Assembly (NCBI GenBank): GCA_965655095.1 | Contig: OZ296648.1 | Location: 61,318,001-61,382,000 of the forward strand | DNA: 64,000 nt | Reading direction: 5' to 3' | Source: Haplodiscus bocki | Lineage: Eukaryota | In this document: positions 62,640 to 64,000 of the stretch, piece by piece | Layout: each line of letters starts with the position of its first letter | How positions within the stretch are numbered: the stretch's first letter is position 1 | Position numbers and translations under genes: made by a program | The notes under the pieces: model-generated | What the model was told of the DNA's origin: nothing | The model's input: the letters and a program-made list of their open reading frames with translations, nothing else | Databases searched by the model: none

Positions 62640-64000
62640 AATAATCAAGCTGGCTCTTACTTGAAATATTGTGTTTTTAGAAAAGCGGAAAATTTTGATT
62701 TTACGAAGTACTTATAGTGTTACTCGGTTTTTGTTTTTTTGACGCTTTTTCCGTCCGAAATAAAGAATTAAAGGAAGTTGGATTAAGGGTTAAGAGGTAC
62801 CCTATCGTTATCCTAAAAATTCTCCGGAGTCCTGTGCGCCTTGGGTGGCCATGCTAGTTTTATGCTAATTTTCGGACTTTCGAATTTTTCAATTTTTGGA
62901 ATGACTCAAAGTTTTATTACGTTGTAGACTCGGTTTCTGGTCGACAATTTCCAAAGAAGATTTTAAGAAACTGATTTTTGAAGTCCTTTTGTGTCGAATC
63001 AAAACAATTGGAAAAAGAAAATGCAATAAAGAGGCGAAATGTTATTAGGAGGCAACAAAGAGCATACAGGCAGCACTCCAACCACAAAAACTTGTGGCAA
63101 TTTGGGAAAACAGTCAGAAGAGACTCCAACTGATCATTTGCATTTTTTCGATAACTTTCGTCATCTTGGTCTCATTTGTACGTTGTCACTTAGGAATATT
63201 CATTCCTAACAATTCAATTTTAAAACAATAAGCCTTAGTCGACGTTGAATGAAGTGTTTGTACAAATCCGAACACTTAATGAATGATTAAAGATGATTCA
63301 TCGAAAAGTCTCCGTGCTTTAAATTTGTCTGCAGTGTTATAATTTTTCCTGTCTTTTTGACGAATATCGAACCGAACGATTCGCAGAGTCACATGTGAAG
63401 AATGTTAAAGAGAACACATAATATGTAGAAGACAGCTTACCAGTTTACAGCGCTTTTCCTCTGTAATTGCTTTGGTTAAGTTTTCATTCAAGAACTCAGC
63501 GTTATTCGTGAAAAAATGTTTTTCTCTTACCAATGAAATAGCAAGAAACGCAGCAGCGCTGCAATATTATCCATCAACCATCACGAATGGCTCAAAAAAG
63601 AAACTGCTGAAAACAGCCAGAAAAGGTAGGTTCTAGACTGCGCCAGGAGGCTCCCTCGTAAGAAAATGTCGCAGGCTGCCGCCTGTGACGGCCTGATCTA
63701 CTCCGTCAATTACAATGGACAAAACTTGGGCATGCAGGGATACACGTTGCCCTTATTTGAAGATTAAACTGATAAAACTGTTAATAAATATTTTGCTGAA
63801 TAAATTTCCTCCCCCTTCGTTTTTATAAAATATGATATATATTTATATAATAATATATATACATATACAATCCTACGCATATTTATGTATCTCTGTGGAA
63901 AATCCATACCAATAGCAAACAAGCTAGTATCATTCGCGAACGGGTAAAAACAAATGTTAATAGTGCTCAATTGATTTGCAGTCTTATACTCTAATCTGAT

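Noticed and set aside
63690-63732. Hammerhead-ribozyme-like CCTGAT...TCC...GGAC-AAAAC
   Set aside because: The core CTGATGA and GAAA boxes are both broken and no stems I or III are evident.

Overview
This is AT-rich, repeat-dense eukaryotic DNA, probably from an invertebrate animal; the taxon cannot be determined from the window. One 14-exon gene on the + strand spans 2892-59839. I assembled it by hand with GT-AG introns and consistent phases into 2058 nt of CDS (685 aa). It encodes a TBC/Rab-GAP-fold-like protein in which I cannot find the canonical IxxDxxR and YxQ catalytic fingers. Its 23.1-kb intron 12 contains two antisense, intronless, mutually homologous genes for signal-peptide-bearing Cys-containing proteins that the ORF track only partly captures. 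Copy A (31223-31951) has a Gly/His-rich linker and a hydrophobic tail and is intact apart from one in-frame TAG. Copy B (47022-47368) is frameshifted. The rest of the window is transposon-derived: a MULE deletion derivative with a 9-bp TSD, hAT and Tc1/mariner MITEs, CCC-ended CMC/EnSpm-like MITEs, Helentron-like elements carrying tRNA-derived segments, a BEL/Pao relic, and ~180-bp and ~1-kb tandem arrays. No rRNA, intact tRNA or CRISPR array was seen. Most short ORFs in the track are noise.
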